Shown: one piece after another, positions 26,920 to 39,587 of the stretch
How the letters are laid out: the number at the start of each line of letters is the position of its first letter
Position numbering within the stretch: position 1 is the first letter of the stretch
Source: Octopus vulgaris
Lineage: Eukaryota
Direction: 5' to 3'
Assembly: GCA_951406725.2 (NCBI GenBank)
Contig: OX597826.1
Location: 40,920,001 to 40,984,000, forward strand
DNA: 64,000 bases
Made by a program: the position numbers and the translations under genes
Notes under the pieces: generated by a model
Seen by the model: only the letters and a program-made list of their open reading frames with translations
Told to the model about the DNA's origin: nothing
Databases searched by the model: none

Positions 26920-29290
26920 CAGTATGTTCATAGGTGTCTATATTTTACACCATTTGCATATAAAATTCCCTAATTTAAATGCAGGTTTATACACGGATGA
27001 TAGCCTTATAGTGACACGTAACATGAACGGGTATGAATTCGATAGCCTTAGGAAGAATCTTATTGTATTCTTCCAAAGAATGTACTTTAAAATTAGTTGT
27101 CATGAATTTTAGAGGTGTTGACTTTTTAGATATCAATCTAGATTTGAGATCAATTTTAAGCCTAATGAAAGGCTATTTTTGATCAATAAATGGTGAAACT
27201 ACTCGTCCTGAATTCTTAAGAATATGGTTACTAACATAAAGCAAGCGCATTGTCATCGGACGAGGTAGCCTGTAATGATGTCTCCCCGCATTTTAATGAT
27301 GCGCTGTGCAATTGTGGGTTCCCAGAGAACATCCCCTAACCCTAACCCTATGTCGATAGTGGGAGCAACCCCAGAACTCGTAGAACTAGGAGTTGAAAGG
27401 TCTTTTAATAGAATCCGGCATACGCGTTAGATGTAATGTAGGTAGAGAATTTTAAAATTTAGTTTCAAAACATTATTCAAGTGACCATAAATATCACAGA
27501 ATCTTCGACAGAAGAGCGCTAAAGATTAGCTATTCTTGTTGCAAGAACTTCGTCACTTTTGTCAATATGACCATTCTCAGTAAAGCTAACGAAATTGCTG
27601 ACGTACCTAAATGTAAAGACCTTGGAAGTTGTATTTTAAATGGTAATTGCTTTATTAAAGGCGTTATATAGAGAGCTAAACAGAATGGCAACACCTCTGC
27701 ATTTAAAACTTATACTGGTGCCACAGAAAATTGCTTCAAAACGAAACATTACTCACGCAGAAATTCTTTTAAATATTCTGAGAACAGGTCGACAACAACC
27801 TTCACTAAGCATTATGACAATTAAAAGAATCGAGATCTGCCCCGCTTAAGATATATTAATCTATTGGGTTGGCAACTAAGTTCCCGCCGTTTTTTTTTTA
27901 ATTTAAATTTTTAAAAGGTTTAATAAAAAATATCAACTAATTAATCAATAATGAATTCACCCTTGTTGTTTACAACTTCTTCCCAACGTTCAACAAGATT
28001 TTCAATACCTCGTTGGTAGAAATCACCCGATTTCAACTCGAAAAATTGATCCAACCAAGCTCTCAATTCTGCATCAGTATTGAATGAAACTCCGCGAATA
28101 GCATTTGAAAGAGATCGAAAGAGGTGGAAATGCGTTGGTGCCAAATCAAGAGAGTACGGCAGGTGTGGCAGCACTTCCCAGCCATGCGTTTGAATGGCTT
28201 CCTTGGTCATATTGGCGATATGAGAGCGGACATTGTCGTGCAGCAGAACTCCATGCTGCCGATTAGGTCTTTTCTCTTGAATAACTGTGTTGAATCGTCC
28301 CACCTGTTGAACATAGAGTTCCGCGTTGACCGTTTGGTTCCGTTCAAGCAATTCGTAATAGATAATCCATTCCCAGTCCCACCATACGCACATCGTTTTA
28401 CGCGGATGAAGATCTTGTTTCACGCGCGGTGTCGCTTGTTTACCGAGGCTAAGCCATTCCTTACGCTGCTTCATATTGATGTACAGGCACCATTTTCGTC
28501 GCCAGTAACGATTCGGTAAAGAAATCGTTGCTTGTGTCCATGAGCTGAGCGGTGACGAGCAAGCAAACCAGCGGAGATTGTGGCTCTGTTGTTGTCACTT
28601 AAAGCATGCGGAACCCATGTTCCATACTTCTGAACCTTTCCCATAGAGTGAAGATGCTTCTCTATAGCAGCGTGGGAGCATTCCATTTTCTCTGCCAGTT
28701 CCCTTGTCGTTTAACGAGAATTTTCGTGCAAAAGTTGGTTTAATCGCTTTTCATTGAACTCAACTGGACGGCCAGAACGAAGTGCGTCTTTGAGGTCAAA
28801 ATTTCCATTTTTGAACTTGGCATACCAATCACGAGCGGTTCTTTCAGCTATGGCACCCTCTCCATACACAGCACAAATGTTGCGTGCAGCTTTTGCGGCC
28901 TTAGAGCCTTGATTAAGAGCAAAAAGAAGGAGGTGTCGAAAATGCTCGTTTTTCTTAACTTGACATTCCATTTTAATGATCTGAAAATAAACTAAAATTA
29001 ACTAGAAAAAAAAATAGATTCCAAAATGATTCAAAAATAGAATTCTCGAAAAAAATAGATTCCAAAATTTAAAAACGCAATAAATTCCAAAATTTTTAAA
29101 AATGGCGGGAACTTAGTTGCCAACCCACTATTTTGGAGAAGGCTAACTCTTATGGGTATGGATCGTGCCGAAATTCTAAAAGATGTCCGTTGTGCTTGAG
29201 AGAAAAGCACTTTATACTATTCCGAGGCAAATATGCATTGAACCGCAAGACTTCTTGAATTTCTGTAGACGCGCTTCTAAATATCCTCTG
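26920..29290 (+). mobile_element. Penelope-like element (RT + GIY-YIG) pseudogene, interrupted by a mariner
   Basis: IGVYILH...GLYTDDSL (cf. GLYRDDGL), FLD, KISYSC, KGVIYRA...YTGATENCFK; after removing 27864-29130 it continues SILEKANSYG...KRCPLCLREKHFILF...LNRKT. Confidence 0.85.
27864..29128 (-). mobile_element. Near-full-length mariner (DD34D), 1265 bp
   Basis: Inverted termini ttgggttggcaactaagttcccgcc / ggcgggaacttagttgccaaccc, TA on both sides; transposase in three ORF pieces (28711-28971, 28471-28686, 27941-28474) with WVPHAL, IVTGDE, LHDN and YSLDLAP. Confidence 0.95.
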
Positions 29291-30205
29291 TGTTGTCAAA
29301 CGATTCTATATTGTTGAGACCTTTTGAGATTCGCCAAATATTATCGATCTTTTAAAATAACCCTGTTCCTTATATATAATTCGGGTTTCTTTTTGTTGAT
29401 ACCTTTTGCACTGTGTTTTTTTCCATCTTTCCTTTTCCTTTCCAGACCGTCCATATTGGTTATACCGTATTCCTTTTGTTCTTTTAACGATTCTTTAGAC
29501 CTTATACATTAACTTAATACCTAGCATAACTTTTCCAACCATTATAATTTTAGTTTTATGCTTTGAAAATATCTATTTTATACTTTATGTAAACACATCA
29601 CAGAAAGCAAATGTGAGGGAGGAGTGGAGGAGGATGGGTGGGTGGGTGGTGGTGGTGGTGGTGATGGAGGAGGAGGAGGAGGAGGATATTGATGATGAAT
29701 TAAAGCTAAGAAGATTAGTGATGTCTGTGTAGAGATAGGTCGAATGTTATCTATAAATCATTTCAGAAATTAAATCAATGTCCCTTTTTCTAAGTCGATC
29801 GAGTATCGAAGCACGTTTCTAATATAGATCAATAGACTGAGTTCAGAATTATGGGGCAGATAACGAACCTGGTTCAGACAGATTTAAAGGTTATCACATT
29901 TTTCCCCCAACAACTTCGTAGTTCTAACTTAATATGAACTGTGGCAGGGATGTCGGTGGTGGTGGTCGTGGTGGTGGTGGCGATGTTTGTGGTGATGGTG
30001 ATAGTAGCGTTGTCGTTGTTGTTGATTGTGATGATGATGATGATGATGATACTTTGTGTGTTGGTGACTATTAGTTTTGTTGTTCTGTTATCGTCATTCC
30101 ATATAAACAACGAGAGAGCCACTATATGGAGCGTCGGTATCTTCAGAATGGAGCTAAAGTAATTCTGAATAAAATGGCAGGAAAGTTTCAACTAAAACTT
30201 CTTTG

Positions 30206-30254
<49 letters not shown>

Positions 30255-30543
30255 AGCACACACACATGCTTTATTCGTTTCAGACATGCGGCTGCGGTCA
30301 TGCTGGAGTACCACCGTGATTTTACTCCTTTACTTATGATTCTCCTTTGGCTGATTATTTGACAACATAATGTAGCAGTCCTGGTTATAGTTTGCCGTAT
30401 AGCCAGCTGGAGACGATGTTTCCGGAGGCTAAATAACAGTAACAATCGTCCTAACGAGGGCTGCTACATTATGTTGGCAAGTAAACTTTATTCTAGAGTA
30501 CTGTTACTGAATGTCTCTCCTTCAGAAATTCAGAAATAATAAT

Positions 30544-30639
<96 letters not shown>

Positions 30640-31669
30640 ATATGAGGGAAATTCTGTCTGCGGGTGTGTTTGTGGAGTTTTTATCTAACCCCTCCTACAT
30701 CGTTTTATCGATTTTGACACGTGAGTAGAACTTATGTTTGGGAACCCCATATCATACTCAGATTGTTGAAAAAAAATAGATAACAGAGCCCCTGGAAGGG
30801 ATCCTTATATATATAACCAAGGAAAATAACCCATTCATTTTCCTAAATTATTTGGTAAAAATGAAATTGAGTACGCTTATTTCTTAGTATTTCAACTGTT
30901 AGAGTTATTTTCGCAATTTATCCAGTACAACCCTTAAACAAGTAAATAATATTTTCCTAACAATAGATCCACTTATTTCGGTTAGTGACTTATTCACGAA
31001 TATAACAACACTAGCGCCCCTGGGGGCAATATTCTCTGGGAACGCTCAAAAGCCTTTTTCAGAGTTATTTTACTTTGAATTGTTATTATCTCATATCTGA
31101 TTAGCCTGTTATTACGTAACACGCTTCACGATTTAGTAAACATACCTTATCAGTATTTCCTCCTAAGTTCTATATACTCTGAGAACGTATCAAAGCCCTT
31201 TTTGGGGCTACTTTATTTGAGTTCTTACTATCGGGTAACTAATTTCATATTATTAGATAACTGACTTCACAATTTGAGTATTCATAACTTATTGGAAATT
31301 CCTAGAAACAAGATCCTGTGTAAGACAGTTCGGTATTCTCTGTAAATGCACAAAAACTGTTTTCAGGGCTACATACTTTGTATTGTTGTTATTGGATTAG
31401 CGAAACAATTATGAGAACGGAACCAAGGGATAAGCCACGCTTTCCGTTAGGTAGGATATATATGGAGATGTCAAAAAGTAGATCGATCTGTAGTGAATAT
31501 AACTTGGGACACTCAGCCGAAATTGCGAGGATAATCTGGTGCTTGACTGAGGAAAGAAAACTTCGAATGACCCGCCCTTGTCTTCTTTGTATCGTCTATC
31601 TGGATGTTTTGTTGTCCCTTTTTGTATCACCTAGCTGTCCGAATGTCTTGCGTTCTTGTCCCATTTTGT

Positions 31670-31752
<83 letters not shown>

Positions 31753-31879
31753 ATGTATATATAAACCAACTGGAAGAAACAGGTCTCATTAGAATAGGAA
31801 AAGTAATCAGTACATACACTCTACGCCTCCCAAAAGGCGATATGCAGAGGTTGTACGAACTGCCGTTATTGAGCAACAG

Positions 31880-32315
31880 GCTTTTTTGAACTTGGCCCAG
31901 AATATAATGTAACAACTGACATGAATGTAAAAGCTACCGACCACTCTACCTAAATCCAGAACCAGGTACTGCAATAGCTTAAGCTTCAAAGGCCCACGGC
32001 GTTTCAATGTCCTGCCGCAAAAATTAAGAAACCTGCACAGAGTGAGCGTAAATGTCATCAAAAGGGACTAGACCTTTTTTCTCTCCATAATACAAGATGA
32101 ACCGATGGCTCGGCATGAAGTATAGACGTGGGCAGCGGTGTCAAACTCCTTCGTGCACCAAAGGGGACAGCAACCAGAATAAAAGCACAAAGTGGTGTGG
32201 TGGTGTGATGCGACACTATCCTGAGCCAAAGGAGAATCGTATAAGTAAAGGAGTGAAATCACGGTGGTACTCCAGCATGACCGCAGCCGCATGTCTGAAA
32301 CGAATAAAGAATAAT
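31880..32315 (+). mobile_element. CR1-group LINE 3' end
   Basis: SRTRYCNSLSFKGPRRFNVLPQKLRNL...DEP...AAVSNS, followed by the ccagcatg.ccgcag...ctgaaac.aataaa tail shared with SINE family C. Confidence 0.7.
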
Positions 32316-32317
32316 GA

Positions 32318-32350
<33 letters not shown>

Positions 32351-32371
32351 TGTGTCTGTGTCTGTGTCTGT

Positions 32372-32447
<76 letters not shown>

Positions 32448-32918
32448 CAAAGAAGTTTTAGTTGAAACTTTCCTGCCATTTTATTCAGAATTACTTTCGC
32501 CCCATTCTGAAGATACCGACGCTCCATATAGTGGCTCCCTCGTTGTTTATATGGAATGACGATAACAGAACAACAAAACTAATATTGTCATCATCATCAT
32601 CATCATCACAATCAACAACAACGACAACACTACTATCACCATCATCATAAACCTCGCCACCACCGCCGTCATCCCCCCACCCCCACCCCAAGATTATATT
32701 AAGTTAGAACTACGAAGTTGTTGGGGGCAAAATGTGCTAACCTTTAAAGGTTATCCTGTCTGAACCAGGTTCGATATCTGCCCCATAATTCTGAACTCAG
32801 TCTATTGATCTATATTACAAACGTGCTTCGATACTCGATCGACTTAGAAAAAGGGACATTGATTTAATTTCTGAAATGATTTATAGATAACACTCGACCT
32901 ATCTCTACACAGACATCA

Positions 32919-33019
<101 letters not shown>

Positions 33020-33067
33020 CTCGAGATTAGAATTCCAATATCAAAACAGGTTATTTTAGTTTATATG

Positions 33068-33159
<92 letters not shown>

Positions 33160-33324
33160 TGTATGTATGTATGTATGTATGTTTGTATGTATGTGAATAT
33201 GTGTGTGTAGGTATGTATGAATGCACGTATGTATGTATATATTTATATACATATGTATATATGTGTGTGTACGTATGTATGAATGCACGTATGCATGTAT
33301 TTATATACATATGTAATCATATAC

Positions 33325-33355
<31 letters not shown>

Positions 33356-33444
33356 TGTATGTATGTATGTATGTATGTATGTATGTATGTATGTATGTAT
33401 GTATGTATGTATGTATGTATGTATGTATGTATGTATGTATGTGC

Positions 33445-35511
33445 AGATTTGTATGTTTTGCTTTGAGTATATATTCTCATGCATATTTTTACGTATCTAG
33501 ATATGCTCATATATATTTAAATTATAAAATTCTGGAAAGTTTTACCGATTTTTACAGTTCCAGTCATGGACTGGATCTGTAGTCTCCGAATTAGATCTCA
33601 CCTTTCCGGTTCTGAGAAGCCCAATTTCTCAAGATTGGTATTTAGACAGTGTGTTACATATCACAAGGCCCCAATAATTACAGGTATAAACCTGAACTTG
33701 TAATCTGGATAAAGTAATTGCAAATTTCTCAATAGTTCAGTGTACATGTTCTCTTTTTCACTGATCTTCAGCTTTATATTAACATCTACTGGGCAACTAA
33801 CTTCCACAACTGTGCACAGTTTCTCTTCTCTGTCCCAAATCATTAAATCAGGTCTGTTGTGCTTACATTTTACTGAGGTTTTCACTGGCACGTTCCCCCA
33901 TTAGTCCTTTTTATTATGACTGGCTATGGCTTCTACCACATTGTGAGTTTTTATTTCTTTGTCTTCGGGATTAACCTTCAGACGGATTTCATTACAGAGT
34001 ATCCTAGCAACAACGTCATGTCTCATCGGTGGATATACCGTGATGACATTTTCGGTCAACTGCTTACGATGTGGGTGATATCTTCAGTGTGAACTCCACA
34101 AAGTCTGCATCGGTTGTCACATTTTACTGCTTTCCTGCATCTCTGTCCTTTTTGTGCATCAGATACTTGGTTGATATTTCCTGTTCCTGGATTGCAAACT
34201 CATACCCTTCAAAGTGGGAGGTAGTAATCCAGCTATTGGTCCATGATAAACTGCTTTGATGATCGATATTACTATCATCACTGAACTTTCTACTAACATA
34301 TCCATGCATAGTCTTCTGCTCATATAGGCTCGTCCTTTCATCTGATGATACGTCGTCGCTGAGTCGTGCGACTTCTTTAGGCATGTATTCTAGGTTTTCA
34401 GATAAAGAGTGTTGCTCAAGGAGCTGCCTTCTAAGTTTTATGATGTTATCAGCCTCATGTAATGCTAACTTGGTCAAGGGATGCCCTTCGACACACGTGG
34501 TGGTTAAAAGATGTTGCCGAAGGAATTTGATGCAACATTCAAAGGCATTTTGGATCGACGTTAAACCTCTGCCGCCTTGTTTACGTTTTAGGCAGTGGCA
34601 ATCTACGTCACTGTTTATGTGGAAATTATGTGTGCATGTTATTTTTCGGGTTTTCACATCAATAGCTCGGATCTCATCAAGTGTCCGATCAAGCAGCCCA
34701 AATGTGGGCCATTGTTTTATTGAATGCAGAGAGTTCTGAGGTTCAAATTTTCCTTATTCGACTGTAATATTCTTTAGTGGCACGTATTTTGTTACGGGTG
34801 ACATTGTAAGATATATTTTCATTCACCCCTAGATATTTGTAACATTCCTTGTCAGATACAGAGGAAACAGTCAAATCATTGATGGAAATGTTACTAGACT
34901 GGTTTATAGTTCTCCTCCTTTTCCCAACCATACAACAACATTTATCTTAACCAAATTCCAACCCTACATCCTTTGAGAATGTTGTAACTAGGTCAAGGCT
35001 CTTTTTCATCTCATGCATATTCTTTACATAAAGTTTCAAGTCATCCACAAAGAGAGCAGTGTGTAATTTTGGTATCTCTGTTTCCTTGTGAATTAGTGAG
35101 ATATCCTTCAGACTTCCTTAACATGAGATGACAAGAGGTTTAAGGAAAATATAAACAACGTCACAGAGAGGCTGTCTCCTTGGAATATGCCTTTGCGATA
35201 CTGTATTCTATCGGCGATAAAACAGTCTCTCTTTTTGTTTAATTTCAAGATGGTGGGCCACGATGAAGTCAGGTCAGCTATGGCTTTGACTATTCTCACT
35301 GGAACTTTAGCAAGTTGAAGGGCTTCTAGCATCCATGAGTGAGGAACAGGGTCAAAAGCTTTCTTGAAGTCTAGCTACATTGAAACTAGGTTCCTCATAT
35401 GCTTTCGCACCTTTGACATCACAATTTTGTTGATTAACAATTGCACGACACATCTCCAGACTCCCTTCTTCCCAACGGCTTCTTCTGCCGTGATATTGTT
35501 ATTGGTTTCAC
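33445..35511 (-). mobile_element. R4/Dong-like non-LTR retrotransposon (RT + restriction-like endonuclease), 5'-truncated and decayed
   Basis: GIFQGDSLS, LFVDDLKLY, YKYLG, GGRGL, CRLCG...HIVSS knuckle, RHDVVA and HNRPDLMIWD...VEVSCP (RLE motif). Confidence 0.88.
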
Positions 35512-35914
35512 TATGTATGTATGTATGTATGTATGTATGTATGTATGTATGTATGTATGTATGTATGTATGTATGTATGTATGTATGTATGTATGTACGT
35601 ACGTACGTACGTACGTATGTATGTGTGTATGTGTTCATATAATAATTCTTTTATTCATTCTGTAATTTGACTGCAGCAATGCTGGAGTACCGCCTTGAAG
35701 GGATTTAAGCTGAACAAATCTACCCCCAGGACTTCTTTCTTAAGCCTAGTACGTATGGTACACGAGCGCGTACGCACGCGCGCACATAACAGCTCCAACA
35801 ACACCAACGACGATGGCTATAACCACCACCGATGATGTCCCCTACGTCAGTATTAGCGACACCGGTGTCAGCACCAACAGCAACGCCAGCATTAACAACG
35901 CCAACACCGATGGA

Positions 35915-36100
35915 ACTCCATATGTAATATCATGGCAGATCCTAGAAAATCCAGGCCCCTACATAAATGGAACTAAGCGTTGTAAATTGTGCATAGTCGA
36001 ACAGACGAGGATATTAAAGAATTCCCTCGACCTAGGGAACATCCTTAACTCCAGGATGGAGGTCTTCGGACCCTGCTTTGCACTCTAGGAAATTCCTGCT
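35915..36100 (+). mobile_element. Penelope-like element GIY-YIG C-terminal fragment
   Basis: YVISWQILENPGPYINGTKRCKLCIVEQTRIL...ILNSRMEVFGPC matches the W.IL....Y....K.C.LC..E...I...LN.R.E....C pattern also seen at 29130-29290. Confidence 0.8.
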
Positions 36101-36235
36101 AACGTCCTGGGACTCACACGCCAACATGGCTAATGAATAACGGTCAAAGAGAGACAATCCCTTGTTGTTGACTAACGAAGTTTTTTTCCTCCACCATTTT
36201 CTAGAGAGGCCACTTGGACATAGGCCAGCGGGTTT

Positions 36236-36297
36236 TAGGGTCTGAAGAAGCACTGTAGAGCTAAGCGCTCTATAGACGTGAAACCCGAGGTAACACC
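36236..36297 (+). ncRNA. Hammerhead ribozyme motif downstream of the PLE endonuclease fragment
   Basis: CTGAAGA-agca-ctgtagagc-taagc-gctctatag-acgt-GAAA-cc-cga-gg-TA: intact core, 9-bp stem II, short stem III, weak stem I. Confidence 0.55.
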
Positions 36298-36809
36298 ATA
36301 TACCGGCCATATATATGTTTATATACATACATATAAAAAAAAAAAAGGAGCACTTCGTCGGTTACGACTACGAGGTTCCCAGATGGTACGATCAACGGGA
36401 CAGCTTACTCGTGAAATTAACGTGCAAAATGTTTAGCGGTGTTTCGTCCGACTTCACATTCTTACTTCAAATTTCACCGAGGTCGACATTGCCTCTCATC
36501 CTTTCGGGGTCGATGAATTAAATACCAGCGAAACACTGGGATCGATGAATTAAGCACCAGCTTATTGTGTCTGGGCTGAGCAATCCACAGACACATGTAC
36601 CCTTAACGTAGTTATCAAGGAGATTCAACGTGACACAGAGTGCGACAAGACTGGCCCTACAAGTACTACTCATTTTTGCCAGGTGAGTGGACTGGAGCAA
36701 CGTGAAATAAAGCGTCTTGCTCAAGGACACAACACGTCGCCGGCAATTGAACTTAAGACCTTACAATCATGAGCCGAATGCCCTGGCCACTAAGCCACAC
36801 GCCTTCACA

Positions 36810-36876
<67 letters not shown>

Positions 36877-36946
36877 AGCCATCCGCTATGATCGACTGGT
36901 AGCCACTAGCTTTTTTTAATCTCCCTCTCTTTATTTTTTCTTGTTC

Positions 36947-36982
36947 CTTTCTGATGAAAAGCATAGGCTCGAAACGTAAAAG
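36947..36982 (+). ncRNA. Minimal type I hammerhead ribozyme motif
   Basis: cttt-CTGATGA-aaagc-atag-gctc-GAAACGTA-aaag: intact core, palindromic ACGT stem III, 4-bp stem I. Confidence 0.55.
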
Positions 36983-37089
36983 ACTTTCTCACCTTCCGAG
37001 CGTTAAGCTAACACACCTGTTTGTTGTTTATACACCTGTCTTCGTCTTTTTTTTTTTTTTTTTTTTGTAAATTCCAACTATATATATCC

Positions 37090-38445
37090 CGCCTGAAAAT
37101 ACAACTGCTGGAGATTGAAAAAAATCTGCAACTCTCCCATGAAAAAGAAAGAGCAGACAAAGAAGCTTAGGCTATAGACAATATAAAATCTAACCCCAGA
37201 GCCTTCTACAAGTTTGCCAAAGAAACAGCCTCAGTGCACAGCAGGGTGGGGCCACTTCTCGACAAAGATGGTTCACTCACAGGAAACCCAATGAGGATAA
37301 ATAAAATACTAAATTCGCAATTCAAAAGTGTTTTCACTCCACCCCTAGGACACTTGCAAGTCAGCAATCCAGCTCACTATTTTACTACTGCAGATATAAA
37401 AACAGTGGCAATGATGATTGATTATATCAGTATAAAAGAAGACGATGTAATAAGATGAGGCTATAAGGCTATAGATGAAATGAGTGGAGGCGCAATGGCC
37501 CAGTGGTTAGGGCAGCGGACTCGCGGTCATAGGATCGCGGTTTCGATTCCCAGACCGGGCGTTGTGAGTGTTTATTGAGCGAAAACACCTAAAAGCTCCA
37601 CGAGGCTCCGGCAGGGGATGGTGGTGATCCCTGCTGTAATCTTTCACCACAACTTTCTCTTACTTCCTGTTTCTGTTGTACCTGTATTTCAAAGGGCCGG
37701 CCTTGTCACTCTCTGTGTCACGCTGAATATCCCCGAAAACTACGTTAAGGGTACACGTGTCCGTGGAGTGCTCAGCCACTTACACGTTAATTTCACGAGC
37801 TGGCTGTTCCGTTGATTCGGATCAACCGGAACCCTCGTCGTCGTAACCAACGGAGTGCTTCCATAAGATGAAATGAACCCGAACTCAGCTACTGGCCCTT
37901 CTAAAAGCATGTAAGCGAGTCCTACCTATCAAGACCACTGCATTCCTTCTTTCAGAGCTTCTTTGTAACTGGCAAACTTCCAAGCAAGCTGAAGGAGGGT
38001 AAAATATGCCCTATTCATAAAGGCGGTAGCAGAGCAGAGGCCAAAAACTACAGACCTATCTCTCTGACCTCGTGCATCAGCAAAGTCATGGAACGAATAC
38101 TCAGAAGAAAACTAATCGCCTTCCTTGAGGAAAATGACTTGCTGACTGACACAACATGGTTTCCAACCAGGAAGAAGCTGCCTGACTCATCTCTTACAAC
38201 ACTATGACTGGGTGTTGAAATAGCTGCTCAACCGCTCAAATGTGGAAGTGATATATCTCGACATTGCAAAGGCCTTCGATAAAGACGATCATGGAATAAA
38301 ATGTTACAAACTGCGTGATCTCGGTATAGTCGGGAAATTGGGAGAATGGCTGCATGACTTTCTAAAGGATAGAAGTCAGGTGGTGGTAGCCAATGGACCA
38401 CTTCCAATGACATGCAAATAGTGAGCGGTGTTCCGCAAGGCACTT
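37090..38445 (+). mobile_element. CR1-group LINE reverse transcriptase fragment, decayed
   Basis: IKSNPRAFYKF, PIHKGGSRAEAKNYRPISLTSCISKVMER, IYLDIAKAFDK, VSGVPQGT; several stops and frameshifts; interrupted by a SINE. Confidence 0.9.
37484..37865 (+). mobile_element. Full-length tRNA-derived SINE (family A) nested in the CR1
   Basis: Head gtggaggcgcaatggcccagtggttagggcagcgg...ggtttcgattccc; 11-bp TSD agatgaaatga (37473-37483, 37866-37876). Confidence 0.93.
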
Positions 38446-38943
38446 TCTCAGCCTTATGGCTAAGATCAATATCAAGGAACTGTTTTGGGACACTTACCCA
38501 AGATGTCACGCAGTGGGACTGAACCCGACACCATATGGTTGGAAAGCAAGTTTCTTACCACACACCCACACCTTGCGCCTATGTATGTATGTATGTATGT
38601 ATGTATGTATGTATGTATGTATGTATGTATGTATGTATGTATGTATGTATGTATGTATGTATGTATGTATGTATGTATGTATGTATGTATGTATGTATCA
38701 GAGGCGTGTATTCCGAATGTGCTAGGTGTGCGCTGCACACCCATCGCAATGGCAAATTCATTATAAATATTAACCTTACTCATTAATTTAATCACAAATC
38801 TAAATCGAAAACTTTTGTTTGAAATTTGGTGGCATTGAGTGTGGCAGCACATCCAATACAACAACCACCATACGTCACTGGTATGTATGTATGTATGTAT
38901 GTATGTATGTATGTATGTATGTATGTATGTATGTATGTATGTA

Positions 38944-38976
<33 letters not shown>

Positions 38977-39089
38977 ATGTATGTATGTATGTATGTATGT
39001 ATGTATGTATGTATGTATGTATGTATGTATGTATGTATGCATGTATGTATGTATGTATGTATGTATGTATGTATGTATGTATGTATGTA

Positions 39090-39120
<31 letters not shown>

Positions 39121-39311
39121 ATGTATGTATGTATGTATGTATGTATTTATGTATGTATACACACATATACGTGGGACAAATAGATGTTGAGAATCTACTT
39201 ATACAGCGTCAATAAAAGTATGTGAATGTAAGTTTCTCTGCGATGTGCGCGCGCGTATGTGTATGTGCGCGCGTGTGTATGTGTATCTGTAAGCATGTGT
39301 GTGTGCCGTGT

Positions 39312-39352
<41 letters not shown>

Positions 39353-39533
39353 TGCAGATACCTACACGCAAGCACACATGTCTGTGTGGTAAGAACTTTA
39401 CTTCCCAACCACATGGTTTCGGGTTCGGTTCCATTGCGAGACATCCCGACCAAGTATTTTCTACTTTTGTCCCAGGCTGACCAAAGCCTTGTGAATGGTT
39501 TGATAGACGAAAACTAAATGAAACCTATCGAAT

Positions 39534-39587
<54 letters not shown>

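Noticed and set aside
37484-37560. tRNA-like sequences (also near 4085-4157, 24615-24689, 40900-40976 and 54981)
   Set aside because: These are SINE heads followed by a shared body and, in several cases, TSDs; they are not tRNA genes.
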